DNA from: Chiloscyllium plagiosum
Lineage: Eukaryota
Length of the DNA stretch: 64,000 nt
Direction of reading: 5' to 3'
Assembly (NCBI RefSeq): GCF_004010195.1
Contig: NC_057719.1
Location: 5,146,412 to 5,210,411 of the forward strand
Made by a program: the position numbers and the translations under genes. Of the stretch, positions 1 through 13,039 are shown in pieces. The notes under the pieces are model-generated. The model was not told the origin of the DNA and ran no database searches. It saw nothing but the letters and a program-made list of their open reading frames with translations. Every line of letters starts with the position of its first letter. The stretch's first letter is position 1.

Positions 1-350
1 TGCCTATCTTCCTTTCCACCTATCCACTCCACCCTCCTCCCTGACCTATCACCTCCATCCCCATCCCATACACCCATTGTACTCTTTGCTATCTTCCCCC
101 ATCCTCCTCCCTGACCTATCACCTTCATCCCCATTCCATTCACCTATTGTACTCTATGCTACCTTCTCTCCACCCCCCACCCCCCTCTCATTTATCTCTC
201 CACTGCAGGCTTCCTGCCTCTATTCCTGATGAAGGGCTTTTGCCTGAAACGTCGATTTTCCTACTCCTCGGATGCTGCCTGACCTGCTGTGTTTTTCCAG
301 CATCACTCTAATCTAGATTCTGGTTTCCAGCATCTGCAGTCCTTGATTTT
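1..350 (+). mobile_element. Penelope-like-element-derived unit (family A) with minimal hammerhead-like core and longer upstream C/T-rich flank
   Basis: CTGATGA(226-232)-A-GGGC-TTTT-GCCT-GAAAC-GTC(251-253), followed by the family A body (GGATGCTGCCTGACCTGCTG...CAGCATCTGCAGTCCT). Confidence 0.7.
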
Positions 351-365
351 ATCCTCTGCTGGCGA

Positions 366-540
366 TTAGAGTCAAGAGTGGGGTGCTGGAAAAGCACATA
401 GGTCAGGCAGTATCCGAGGAGCAGGAGAATCGACGTTCGGGCAAAAGCCTTTCCTGATGAAGAGCTGATGCCCGAAATGTTGATTCTCCTGCTCCTCGGA
501 TGCTGCCTGACCTGCTGTGCTTTTCCAGCACCACACTCTA
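366..540. mobile_element. Family A fold-back (inverted) element, degenerate hammerhead-like core on + arm
   Basis: Inverted arms AGAGTG...GCTGGAAAAGCAC / GTGCTTTTCCAGCACCACACTCT; CTGATGA at 454-460, GAAA at 474-477. Confidence 0.7.
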
Positions 541-599
541 GAGTCTATATTTGTGCACTCCCTTGGCTCCAGTTCACCTCATCATCAAATGCTAAAAAA

Positions 600-720
600 A
601 AGTCATCTGGACTCGAAATGTTAGCTTGCTGTCTCTCCATGGATGCTGTCTGACCCGCTGTGATCTGCAGCATTTGTTGTTTTCAGGACAGATTCCAGCC
701 TCTGCAGTCATTTGCTCCTA
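600..720 (+). repeat. Fragment of related family C (also at 40220-40377)
   Basis: GACTCGAAATGTTAGC...TCTCCATGGATGCTGTCTG...CAGATTCCAGCCTCTGCAGT, shared with 40220-40377. Confidence 0.5.
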
Positions 721-1009
721 TACTTTGGGTGTATGAAGGTTTAGGTTTAACATCTCATCCAAAAGATTGTAACTTTGGCAGTGCAGCACTCCCTCAGTGG
801 GAGTATTGAAGGCTGTTTATAAATGCCGGTGCTTTCTGTTGTGTTCAAACATCTTAATTAGTCGTTTGGCAACCGATTACTGGCATTGAGCTCTCCTGGA
901 GGCAAGAACAGCCTGCTTGGTATCATGGGCATGAACAGGTTGCAGCCATCTTGGGGACTGCCATCACTTCCTTGCTGAGGAGGAGAGCAGGCAGCTTTGA
1001 GAGAAAACT

Positions 1010-2330
1010 GGAAATTATAGACTGGTTAGCCTGGTGTCAGTAGTTGGGAAAATAATAAGAGACCATTATAAAAGATTTGATAGCAGAACCCTTGGCAAAC
1101 AGTGACAGGACTGGGCAGAGACAGAATGGATTTACAAAAGGGAAATCATGCTTAACAGATTCTTTGAATTCTTCGAGGATGGAACTGATAGAGTCAATAA
1201 GGTGGACCAGCGGATGTGGCTTATTTGGATTTTCAGAAGATTGTTGATCAGGACCTACTTAAAATGACAACACATGGGATGAGGGCAGTGTGCGGAGATT
1301 GATAGAGAACTGGTTGTCAGACAGGAAACAAGGAGTAGGAATAAGTGAGTCATTTTCTGATGGCAGGCAGCCACGAGAAGTGTATCACAGGGCTCAGTGC
1401 TTGGACCCCAGCTGTTCACAATATTGTTTAATGATTTAGGTGAGGAAACTAAATGTAATGTCTCCAAGTTTACTGATGACACAAAGCTGGGTGGGAGGGT
1501 GAACTGTGAAAGGATGCAAATGTGATTTGTGTTGTGGTTTGGACAAGTTGAGTGAGTGGGCAAATGCTTGGCAGATGAAGTATAATGTGGATAAATGTGA
1601 GGTTTTCCACTTTGGGAGCAAAAACAGGAAGGCAGATTATGATCTGAATGGTGACAGATTGGGAAAGGGAGAGGTGCAATGAAACCTGAGTGTCCTTGTA
1701 CACCAGTTGCTGCAGCAGGTAGTGAACAAGGCAAATAGAGCATTATTGTTCAAATCCAGAGTACAGGAGCTGGGATTTATTGCTGCAATTGTACAAGGCC
1801 TTGGTGAGACCACACCTGGAGCACTGTTTGCAGTTTTGATCTCCTTATCTGAGCAAAGATATTAAAGCTAATGCTTATCAGACTATTTCCTGGAATTGGC
1901 AGGGCTAACGTATGTAGACTGAATCATTTCAGATGATATTCACTTGTATTTAGAAGGGTGAGTGGTGAACTCACAGAAACCTTTAAATTCTAACAGGACT
2001 AGACAGAATAGATGTAAGAAGGATATTCCCAAATACTTGGAAGTCCAGAACCAGGGGATCATAGTGTAGGGACTCGGGAGTAGGCCATTTCCGACTGAGA
2101 TGAGATGTCTTCAGCCAGAGAGTGGTGAGTTTGTGGAATTCTCAGTCACAGAAAGCAGTTGAGAACAAAACATTGAATGGTTTCAAGAAGGAATTAGATA
2201 GAGTTCTTAGGGCTGAAGGGCTCAAAGAGTATGGGGAGAAAGCCGAAAGTGGGAGGATCAGCTACGATCATATTGAATGACAGAGCAGGCTTGAAGGGCC
2301 TACTCCAGCTCCCATTTTCCATGTTTCTGT
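1010..2330 (+). mobile_element. Decayed CR1 (HER1-like) LINE, RT region to 3' end
   Basis: Frameshifted RT motifs such as QGSVLGPQLF, SKFTDDTKL, KCEVFHFG and LVRPHLE. Confidence 0.85.
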
Positions 2331-4359
2331 TGCTGTTTTCTGGAGATCACTGTGTGCAAATTGACAGTTGTTCTTAAATATCCCAAGGAAGTCACACATA
2401 TGTATTGTCAATATTTGACGCTGACCCCATGTCAGGAGATCTCAGGATCAGTGTGAAAAGGATTTGTCAAAGAAATAGGCTTTTTGGAGCATCTTCAAGG
2501 AGAGAGATTTAGGAGATATTTCCAGAGCTCAAGGTCCAGAAAACTGAAGGCACAGCTGCCAATGATGGAGCAATGAAAATCAATGCAGATACCTCAGAGA
2601 GTTAAAGTGTAGGAGATAGGGAGAGGGAAATACAGGTTGAAATAGAATGATTGGTATCTACTGACACAGTTTGAAAAAGTGATGACTAGAAACCAGCTAC
2701 TGCTGTTGGGATTATGCAATGAATATCTGAGCTGTATTGTGGGATGTGTTATGCTCCACCCAAGCCACACAAAAGGTCCACTTCAAAGGAGTTCTGCGTA
2801 ATGTTAGGTTCCAAACTCAGAACACCATTGTCCTCAATGTTTCCAAAAGGCTGGAGCTTGGCTTGTGAGCTTGTGAAACCAGCAGCTAAGTTTTTGCGAA
2901 TCCCCTCCCTGCGGCGGAGATGGCTTTGGCAACCACCTACTGGCACCAGTAATACAGACAAGCAGCGGCCATTTTGGAAATGGTCACCACTTTGTTGAGG
3001 TGAGCAGACAGCTCCTCAGAAGACCAGCAGCAAGAGCTGAGAGGAATGAGGCCACGCAAATGTAGAAAAACCACAACATCGAACCCCACACTAGATCACC
3101 CATCAATCTTCAGTTTTTCTCGAAGGGGTGAACTTGCCAATGTTTCCACAATGAACACAACAACTGGACACAAACTTTCATCAGACTGTTTGTGTCATGG
3201 AGACAAAGGTTGAAGATCACATTATCCACAGAAAAGGTCCCTTAATGGGCTGTAAACTGGGGGACAGTGGGTCTCCCATTCAATCTCCTGAATAGCTCTC
3301 GAAAAATTCCAAACTTCCCGAGACATTGGAATTCCAAGGTGACCTCCTCAGCCATAATTTCTGAAATTAAGAATTCATCCTGACCTCAGAGTTCTTTCTG
3401 GACTCCCCTCCCAGGGAAAACATTCACCCTGTATCTAGTCTGTCCAGCCCCATTAGAATTTTATCTGTTTCAATCAGATCATTTCCAAATTCAAGTGAAC
3501 ACGCACCCCAGGCAACCCAATCTCACTTTGGAAACACCCTGAGGTTATGTGAGACAGTGCAGCCATGATGTCTGACCCACATTAAATAGGAGCTATGCGT
3601 CACCAAACGCCCATAGTCTGACGATCACCTCAGATGAAAACTTCCTGACTTATGAACTTGAAACCCAAACCACTTCCAAGCAGCAGCTGCTTGAAGCTTC
3701 TGTCAGGTTTTAAGTAACGTCTTCATAGATGGCACCATTACCTCACAAACCCATTACCCAATCATATAAACCTACAGCTCTGTTCACAGACGAAAAGAGT
3801 CAATGCCGCCCAATGGAGTTCTGAGTGGGAGTTATCCTGCACTGGAACTATCGGAGTTGGAGTCACCTACATCGTGGTGCATCAGTTCAAGAGAAAAGGC
3901 ATGAGACCATTATTATAAGTTTGTTTTCATTATTGTGCTGGATGACTGTGTGTTGTTGCTCTGGTGTTTCTGGCCAGTGGAGTGACATAAAAATAAAAGG
4001 CTGATAGAAAGCTGACATTTCCCAGACCCACTGAATATTTCCAGAACTTTCTGTTTTTATTTCACATTATTTATGTTTTGTGGCTCTGTGAAATATCAGA
4101 AAAGGAACTTCTCTTAAAAAAAAAATCCACTATTTAGCTGAATGTTTTGACTCTCAAAAGGAACGTTTTAACATCATTAAGGGAAGGCTGCACTGTCTAA
4201 GATGCTGTATTTCAATGAGATAAGCCTCTATCTGTCCTCTCAGATGAACATAAAAGGTCCATGAGACCATCTGGAAGAAGGGAAGGGAGATATTTCCAGA
4301 GGACTGGCCAATACTTATCCCTCAATCAAAAGAACAGATTATTGAGACATAGTCATATC

Positions 4360-4730
4360 AATGTTTGATCTTATAAAAATATATAAAATTATGAAGGGAA
4401 TAGATAAGGTCGAAGCATGAAGGATGTTTCCTCTGGTGGGGGGAGGGCATAGCCTCAAAATTAGAGGGAGCAGATTTAGGAACTTCTTTACCCAGAATCT
4501 GTGGAATTCCCTGCCCAGTGACGTAATTGGGGCTTCCTCATTGAATGTTTTTAAAGCTAAGATAGAAAATTTTTTGAACAGTAAAGGAATTAAGGGTAAT
4601 GGTGAGAGGGCGGGTAGGTGGAGCTGAGGCCATGAAAAGACCAGCCTTGATCCTATTGAATGGTGGAGCAGGCTCGAGGGGCCAGGCGGCCTCCTCCTGC
4701 TCCTAGTTCTTATGTTTTTATGTTCTTTAT
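4360..4730 (+). mobile_element. CR1 3' fragment
   Basis: RNFFTQ...WNSLP...FKAKI and short-repeat tail (TTCTTATG). Confidence 0.8.
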
Positions 4731-4996
4731 GGTGACTGGTTGTACATGAATTGCCTGACACATTTCATACATTATAATTGTGACCTCAAAGGTATTTCAA
4801 TGGCAAAACAAAGCCCTTGGGACATTCCAAGAACATGAAGGCATAATAGAAATGCAATTTTTTTTCTTAAACATAACATTAAATTCTCAACTTTGAGCTA
4901 ATAATCCATATTTTCTATGAAATTACTTTCTTCGACTTCTGCTTTTATGTCAACTGAGTTCAAATTTAATAAAGTACCCTCATTTCGATGCCCCTA

Positions 4997-5315
4997 CAGT
5001 GGCTCAGTGGTTAGCACTGCTGCCTCACAGTGCCAGGGACCCGGGTTCAATTCCACCCTCGGGTGACTGTCTGTGTGGAGTTTGTATATTCTCCAAATGG
5101 CTGCATGGATTTGTTCCAGGTGCTCTGAGTTTCCTCCCACAGTGCGAAGATGTGCAAGGTAGGTAGATTGGCCATGGTAAATTGCCCATAGTGTCTAGGG
5201 ATGTGCTAGCTAGGTGGGTTAACCATGGGGAGTGGAGGGTAACAGGGACGGGGTGGGATCTTTAGAGGTCAGTGTTGACTGAATGGGCAGCTTCCATACT
5301 GTAGGAGATTCTATG
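4997..5315 (+). mobile_element. HE1-like tRNA-derived (V-type) SINE
   Basis: A-box TGGCTCAGTGG, B-box GGTTCAATTCC, TGTGTGGAGTTTG core, CR1-like tail. Confidence 0.8.
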
Positions 5316-6614
5316 ATTTAGGAATAAGGAAATAATTTGTGTGCAGGGGTTTTCCAAGGCAGTGATAGATAGCTGTGTGCAAAGAGAAATTGGGGGGGGT
5401 GGCGGATGTTTGGTATCAGAGTCAAGATTAGAATGCTGCTGGAAAAGCACAGCAGGTCAGGCAGCATCTGAGGAGCAGGAATTGTTATGTTGTGGGAAGG
5501 TGATGGGATATTGGAGATGATGATAGGTAGATTGGAGGGGATGGAGTATGGGGGAGATGATGCACAGAAATGGAGATATCTACGGTAAGGAGTTATCCAG
5601 TTAGGACAGAGATGAGGAGGAATTTCTTCGTACAACGTGTAATGAATCTATGGAATCCACCTAATCCGCACATCTATGGACTGTGGGAGGAAACCGGAGT
5701 AAACCCACACAGACACGGGAAGAATGGGCAAACTCTACACAGTCACCTGAGGATGGAATCGTACCCGGGTCCCTGGCACCATGAGGCAGCAGTGCTAACC
5801 ACTGAGCCACCATGCTGCCCCTTAGTGACATACTTTGTTTTATAATGCTCCTGTTAAGCGCTTTTGTTGTGTTAAAGGCAAAGTAAAATTGTTGGATGAG
5901 ACCATCCTGACTTACAATGTCACCGCCATCTCCACGTCTTTGTTATTTTCAGCTGACTGAAATCACTGAAGCTATTGGAACACTATACATTATGTCTTCA
6001 CGGCAGTGTCTTTGTTACCTCCTAAATGATTCTGCAGTAGTCAAAGTGTATTTTACCAACAGCATTTTATTTACACTCTGATGCTGCATACAGTGTTAAA
6101 AGGTATGGCACTGGAAAAGCACAGCAGGTCAGGCAGCATCCGAGGAGCAGGAGAGTCGACATTTTGAGCATAAGCCCTTCATTATTCCTGATGATCTCCA
6201 GCATCTGCAGTCCTCGCTTTCTCCTCATTGATGTTGCATACAGTCATTGAGCTACACTAGTTCAGGGTGTTTCCTCTATTAGGTTTCCCTTACCTCTCTG
6301 TCCTAGTCATGGGATGATACATCACCATTCTACCAGGAACCTGTGGGCTGATTCTATTAAACCATTACCCCACAGGCAACAAGAGCAGGTCTGAGTCTAA
6401 ATCAATATCTCTGAAATCTCAAGCATCGCAGCTCTGTAAGGACTCACCAAAATGTGAACTTATTACCTCTTCTGGGCAACTAGGGTGGACAATAACTTGA
6501 CTTTGCCAACATCACCTATCGTTGTAACAATGCTGCTCCTTTAACAAGGTTATATTGTCCTTGGCTTTGTAGAGGGTTGTAAAGGCAAAGGTTCTGATAT
6601 TTCTGGAAATATCT
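5102..6614 (+). repeat. Copy 1 of ~1.5-kb near-identical direct duplication (copy 2 at 22931-24442)
   Basis: Direct comparison; matching ORFs at 5570 and 23399 (offset 17829). Confidence 0.95.
6098..6227. mobile_element. Family A fold-back element, internally deleted (duplicated at ~23926-24053)
   Basis: Minus arm GCACTGGAAAAGCACAGCAGG...GCCCTTCAT joined to CCTGATGA and the tail TCTCCAGCATCTGCAGTCCTCGCTTTCTCCT. Confidence 0.7.
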
Positions 6615-6649
6615 TTGGCTAATGTGGTAATTTTTAAAAATAATCCTTC

Positions 6650-8080
6650 TGGTATCTAAAGTGCTTGTGATGCTGTCTATCTCTGTGCCATCAGCAAACT
6701 TGGGTATGTGGTGTTATTATTTATGTTGCTATAGTTAAGTTGTAAGTGGCTGTTAGACACTTATAGCATGTCATCAGAAAATACCAGTGCCATCTTCTTT
6801 GTTTCAACAATCTATAACACCACTGGATGCAAGTCATATTGGATACAAGAAAGTATTTACATTTTATTTAGTATGTACATTTGAAACATTTCTGTATCTT
6901 AAGAATTGTTTTCTCTAAGGTGTTCAAAGCTATGTCCTATTTGGCCCACAGCTGAACCTACATCTGCCAGATGATATTATTTCTCTTACCATTTTTAACT
7001 TATATGATTAGTTATTCTTCTTAAACTTTTTATTTTAAATCTGCATTATCTCAATGCTGCTTTATTTTCTTTCCTTAGCAGATTCTTACTTGGACATTAT
7101 AGCAATGCTGTTTTATTTCTGTTGATTTAAAGGTAATATAGTAACTTTGTATCTCTACAATGCCTACTTTCTGTTGTCAATGTGAACATTTCCCATCCTC
7201 TACAGACAAAGTGCAGGATTCCTGCTTTGTCATGGAAATGATGGACATTTCCTGGCTTTCAAAGCTTCATAAACAATGCCCATCCTTTTCCATGACTTTC
7301 TAGAATAAAGCCTGGTAACTGTGACCTAAATAAATTATTTGTACTTGAACTGCAATTTAAATTGTGGACGTCCCATTGCTCTCAGTGCATCAGTAATCTT
7401 CTTTTGTTGGGTTCTGCCCTGGTTAGCCTTCACATTGTCCCTGTGTTGCCTTAATTCTGGATTGGTAGCATTGCCAGTGGTGCGATTGCAGTTTATGCTA
7501 TTTCTATGCCCCGGAATTTCCTTACTGTAGCTGCCCCATATGTTTTCCACTTGTTGTGAGCGGTAGGTACTCATCTTTAGCTTATAGCTTTCTCGACCCA
7601 TTTTGTGCTATTAATTAAAAATCTTCCACTTGCCCCCAAAACAAATTTTTAGCTTTACTTGTGGGGCTGTCCATTCTCCAGGTGAATCGCCAATCGGGAT
7701 AGCTCTTACAGATCCTAATTTCCCAATGGAATCTGGAGGTCTGACAAGCTTCTAGCTCCCATGTATCTCTTACCAGGTCTGAAATAAAAGGTTTCATCAT
7801 GTGGTGCCATTTCTCCTTTATTGATTTATCGATGAGTTGACTGCAGGCAGTTGTAAGGTTCAGTTCCTGCAACTACTGACTGTCTTTGCGAGTAGTTTCC
7901 AAAGCCATAGACTCTTTAACTTTGTACATGTCCAGCACCACTGCTGAATCCACTGGAATTCTCTGTTCTCGAGTCCACTGAAGTTCCTTCTGTTGTTATC
8001 CTGTGGTATTTAGCCAGATACCCACTGGTGCTGCCTCAAATGTGTTATGATGCCAGACACTACCAACTTGAGTTTGGGGT
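6650..8080 (-). mobile_element. Highly decayed Ty3/Gypsy-like pol remnant
   Basis: Minus-strand remnants resembling the RT end (IIYLGH near 7320-7340) and DKAGIL near 7215-7235; otherwise broken. Confidence 0.4.
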
Positions 8081-8092
8081 AATGTACTTCTA

Positions 8093-8306
8093 GTGTTGAA
8101 AAATGTGTTGCTGGAAAAACACAGCAGGCCAGGCAGCATCCGAGGAGCAGGAGAATCGACGTTTCGGGCATAAGCTCTTCTTCAGGAACCTTATGCCCAA
8201 AACGTCGATTCTCCTGCTCCTTGGATGCTGCCTGGCCTGCTGTGTTTTTCCAGCAACACATTTTTCAACTCTGGTCTCCAGCATCTGCAGTCCTCACTTT
8301 CTCCTA
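8093..8306. mobile_element. Family A fold-back element with 14-bp TSD
   Basis: TSD GTAATGTACTTCTA at 8079-8092 and 8307-8320; inverted arms; minus-strand core CTGAAGA...GAAACGTC. Confidence 0.85.
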
Positions 8307-8378
8307 GTAATGTACTTCTACTCAGTGAATCTTAACAAGAAAAGGCGCTTGTCTTAAACAAGATGTAGTTTAATCCAA

Positions 8379-8492
8379 GAGAAAGTGAGGACTGCAGGTG
8401 CTGGAGAGTCAGAGTCAAAATCACAGCAGGTCAGGCAGCAGCCAAGGAGCAGGACAGTTGATGTTTTGGGCATAAGTCCTTCATCAGGAATG
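8379..8492 (-). mobile_element. Family A single-arm copy
   Basis: GAGAAAGTGAGGACTGCAG...CCTTCATCAGGAATG; degenerate direct repeats flank it. Confidence 0.7.
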
Positions 8493-8730
8493 CCTGTTGT
8501 TTAATACAGGCTAGCAACTAATTATAGATTACACTGATCAGATGGACTTTGTTACTAAGATGTTGAGGAGACCTAAAACAAGGGTTTTCACTCTTCACTC
8601 TGAATCTGTTTTGCTTTCCTCCCATCCATATTTGTACGACATAATCACGTTATAATTTGGTCACCAAAGTTAATTCTTTCATGACCATTGACATATACCA
8701 TAAGAACATTAGATATATGATCTGAAGTAG

Positions 8731-9014
8731 GGATTAGAGTGTTTCTGGAAAAGCACAGCAGGTCAGACAGCATCCAAGGAGCAGGAAAATCGATGTTTTG
8801 AGTAAAAGTTCTTCATCAGGAATTCCTCCACTATCACCTGATGAAGGAGCGGCGCTCCGAAAGCTAGTGCTTCCAAATAAACCTGTTGGACTATAACCTG
8901 GTGTTGTGTGATTTTTAACTTTGTACACCCCAGTCCAACACCGGCATCTCCAAATCATGACCACTCTAATCTAGGCTCTGATCTTCAGCATCTGCAGTCC
9001 TCACTTTCGCCTAG
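8731..9014. mobile_element. Family A element with 12-bp TSD, carrying a nested family B unit
   Basis: TSD GATCTGAAGTAG at 8719-8730 and 9015-9026; unrelated sequence at ~8825-8963 in the centre. Confidence 0.8.
8835..8869 (+). ncRNA. Minimal type-I hammerhead ribozyme-like motif (family B)
   Basis: Stem I CAC/GTG; core CTGATGA; extra A; stem II GGAGC-GGC-GCTCC; GAAA; palindromic AGCT stem III; predicted cleavage after CTA (8866). Confidence 0.75.
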
Positions 9015-10754
9015 GATCTGAAGTAGCCCATTCAGCCCATGCAGTCTGTTCCGCCATTCAGTGAGATCATGGCTGCCCTGATAACCCTCAACTCCACAAC
9101 CCTGCCTTTGCCCTTGATTCCCATATGGATTAAAAATCTATCTTGAAATTACTCAACAGACTCGCCTCTACAGCCCACTGCGGTAAAGAATTCCACAGGT
9201 TCGCAACACACTGAGACAAGAAATTATACAACAATGGTTAAACATCAGCTATCTCCTACCACACAGCCACATTCCTATCAGTCATAGAGTCATGGAGTCA
9301 GTGGTATGTTATTGATTCCATGAATTCCAACTTTAGCTGAGAATCTGGTATGAGGGACGAAGAAACTCTGCCCTTTACGTGATATTGCAGGCACCAGGGG
9401 ACAAAAGTGGGAAATGAGAGGAAGTAATTTGAATGCAGCAAGTTGCAATGGTAGCTGAGATGACCAATAATTTGGAAATGGTTTGGATTGGACCCTTGAA
9501 AAAACTCAACTTGCAGGGCTATGGAGAGGAATGGGGAAGGGAGTGTGACTCCCCTGAGAAAACATGACGGGGTGAATGTGACACTATGGCTTTATCAAAT
9601 GCCTTCTGGAAATACATATAACATCCAGGGACATTGCTCTGTCCAGTTACTCAACTCTTCAGAAATTTCATTCAGCTTTATCAGGCATGACATAATATTT
9701 ACAACTTCATGCTAGCTCTGTCTGAGCAGCTGAAAAATTTTCAAGGCGCAATATTTTCAAAATGCAACCGAAAAATGTTCACTCTGTTGTTCCATTATAA
9801 TGTTTTGAAACCAGGTGTTAGACTAACTGGTCCATGTTGTCCTGGCCTCCCCCTCTCTCTCTTTCCCACCTTTCCTAGCTAGTAAAGTGACAAATGTAAT
9901 TTTCTAGTGTTCAGGTACAAGTTTTCAAATTTAGCAGTACAGTTTTCTAATCTAAAGGTACAGTGTCCTAATCCAATAGTTTTAGAACTGAAAATGTTTG
10001 GCAAGTTAAAAAATTTAATTTAAGATTAAACATTTATAATCTTTAAAATGGACACTTTCTGGGGCTGGCAAATTTAACCAATCATTAGTGCCTTTGTTTT
10101 CTTCATTAATATTAGTTTGATTATATTAATGTTGGTGAGTCACCGTCCCTAATACAATATGGGTTTCACGGAATTTTACAGTGCAGAATGAGGCCATTCG
10201 GCCCATCATGTCTGTTTCTTTGAGAATTCTGGAATGTTGATCTCTCCCTTCAGTGTAAATACTGAGCAATTACTCCATATGTCCACCATTTCCTTACTGT
10301 GATTGACAATGTCACCATTATAAGTTTCCTGAGGGTGTCCTAGACCTCCCACTCTCCTCATTGTCAGAATTGTTTCTGTTCCCAAACTTCCAAGATTGTT
10401 GCACACTCCATTTTGGAAGCTGACAATGTATGTTTTTCATCCTTTGCCTTTCTCTGTGTTTTTCCTCTCAGCAGGATCTGCACTTCGCTTTTTGTCTGCA
10501 TTTTTGTGGGCTTATTCTTTTAGTTTGATGTTGCCCCTTACCTCCACTGATCCATGATTGTTTTTTAATCAAGAAAATTGCTTTTCCTGCAGGGGTATTA
10601 AAAGGCATTGCATCACATTAAATGTAGTTTTTTGAACAGCCCCCCCTCCCCCTCCCCCCCACCAAACCATCATTTCAGAAGTTTACCCATTGAGGGATTT
10701 ACTGTCATTGTGGATAATCTTTGTCTCTTCCCACAAAGGTCAACCTTATCTAGG

Positions 10755-11200
10755 CTCAAGAAGCTTGACTCTATCCATGACAAAGTGGCCCCTTCTACCA
10801 TATCCATCACCTTAACATTCAGTTCTCATCACCAATGCTCAGTAGCAGCAGTGTATACATCTACAAGACACACTGCAACAATGTACTCAGGTTTCTTCAA
10901 ATACACCTTCCAAACCCAAAACTACTTTCATCTAGAAAAACCAGGGCAGATCATGGGAACACTGCCCCTTGTAAGTTCCCCTCCAAGCCACTCACCGTCC
11001 TGACATAGAAATATATCCTTCACTGTCACTGGGTCAAAATCCTGGAATTCCCTCCCTAACAGCATTGTGGGTTTACCTAAAGCAAACAGACTGCAGCAGT
11101 TCAAGAAGGCAGCTCACTCCCACCTTCTCAAGGGCAACTAGGGATTGGGCAATAAGTGCTGGCCCAGCCAGCGACGCTCACATCCCATGGAACAATTAAA
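10755..11200 (+). mobile_element. 3' fragment of the second LINE family (same as 13040-14640)
   Basis: AAGCTTGAC...ATCCATGACAAAG, CCTGGAATTCCCTCCCTAACAGCATTGTGGG, GGGCAATAAGTGCTGGCCCAGCCAG tail. Confidence 0.75.
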
Positions 11201-11989
11201 CAAAACCTAAATCTCGGTGGAGTGGCAGTTTAATTCTTTTGCCTTTCAAACATTACATTGACCTTGATCCTGCTGTGATCGCTAGTACATATATGTTCAG
11301 GCACCATTAAACTGTAAACTAAACCTGAGGCATTTCTCATTACTAAATCTATCCTGTACTGCCTTGTTGTTGGTCCTCAGGTGTATTGCTATAGATGGAG
11401 CTTGAACTTTTACAATCAGCAATTCCTGTGTTTCTGTGGTAGTTCCATTGCGTGAGTCTGTTTCTCTTGTGTGCCTCAATTTCTTTCTCTCTTCAACTTT
11501 GCCTCAGTTTCTGCTGTATGTGTTTCTGCTTGTCTCTATGCCTACTGAATATGTCACTCAATTCTTGCTGTATCTCTGTCTTGTGAGTGTGTGTCTAAGG
11601 TTATAAAGTTGGTTGGCATTTTGGGTCAGCAAGTTATTTGCATAGCCTTGAGAGATCAAGATCTCCTTATCTTGGAGTTGGTAGTTAGGTGAACTGACAA
11701 CTAGAAATGAATTCACGTCATCTTGGTGATGAACGGGGCTTACTCTATTACTGAATCCCCCCGAACATCAACATCCTGCATTCTGATATACCCAAAACTG
11801 AACTGCATCATAAATACTGCAAGAACAGATCAGAGGTTGGGAATTCGACAGTGAGAATCTTACCTTCTGACTCCTCTCCACCGTGTACAGAGTGTATCCA
11901 AAGAGTATGATGGAGTAATCTTTGCTCACCTGGATGGGTGCAGCTCCAATAACACTTGAGATAGTTCCTCACAATCTAGTACACTTGTT

Positions 11990-12250
11990 TAGGATTTGTT
12001 GCCCATTTCTACCTGCCCAGAGGGCAGTAAAGAGTCAACCACATTGCTGTGGGTCTGGAGTCATAAGTAAGCCAGACATTAGTGAATCAGATGTGTTTTC
12101 TGACAATTGGCAGTGGAGTCATGGTTATCAGATTTTTATTGAATTCAAATTCCACCATCTGTCGTGCTGAGATTTGAACCTGGGTGCCCAGAATATTATC
12201 TGGGTCTCTGGGTTAGTAGTTTTAGTGATAATACTACTACACCATCACCT
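11990..12250 (-). mobile_element. tRNA-type SINE sharing its 3' tail with the 13040 LINE family (related copies ~20060-20330 +, ~25835-26250 -, ~40440-40960 +, ~44820-45130 +)
   Basis: Minus-strand head GGTGTAGTAGTATTATCACT...GGTTCAAATC and tail GGGCAACAAAT. Confidence 0.55.
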
Positions 12251-13039
12251 CCCCCATCCCATCTATCATCTATCACCTTCACTCCTTCTGCCACTAAACA
12301 TTCACAACTGTATGTAAAAATGCAAAGTCACCGTAGTCTTACCAGACCACTGGGCTGCACTCTCATTACAGACAGAGAGAGATGACTGGTGGTGGTTTAA
12401 CCTGAGGGTCACCATGCCTCAGGCAAGGCGAGTAGATAAGAAGGAGAGTCTTTCATGGTAGTTTCAGCCAGTTCAGAATCTGAACCCACACTGTTAGCAT
12501 CGCTCTGGCTCTCAGACCAGCTGTCCAAGTTAACCAACTCCTACACAATGCACCAAGGCTCTCTGGTCAGCACCTTCTAAACTGGCAACATTCACCACCC
12601 AGAAGGTCAACGGCAGCAGACACATGGGATCCTGGTTTGGAAATATATCACTGCTCCTTCACTGTCGCTAACTCTCTTCCAACAGGCATTGTGGATGCCA
12701 CATGGGCTGCAGCAGTTGGCCACATTCTGAAGCACAGTTAGATATGGGTGATAAATTTTGCTTTTGAAAGTAATGACCTTATCTCAGTAATGAAAAAAGA
12801 ACTTCACTGTGCCTTATCACACTGAAACAAAATGATGCTTATGTTTCCATGAGAACCAAAAGGATGTCTGGATAAAACTGCCTAACCACCAATGACAGAA
12901 CGCTCTTAATGCAATTTTATCCCTTGTCAGATGAACATCTTAAATAGAAGTAAAGATTGAAGTAAAGACAAAGGAACACCAGCTTCTGTGATTGATAATT
13001 CAATATTTATTTTCTAGGATGTTTATCTAAGAACTGATT

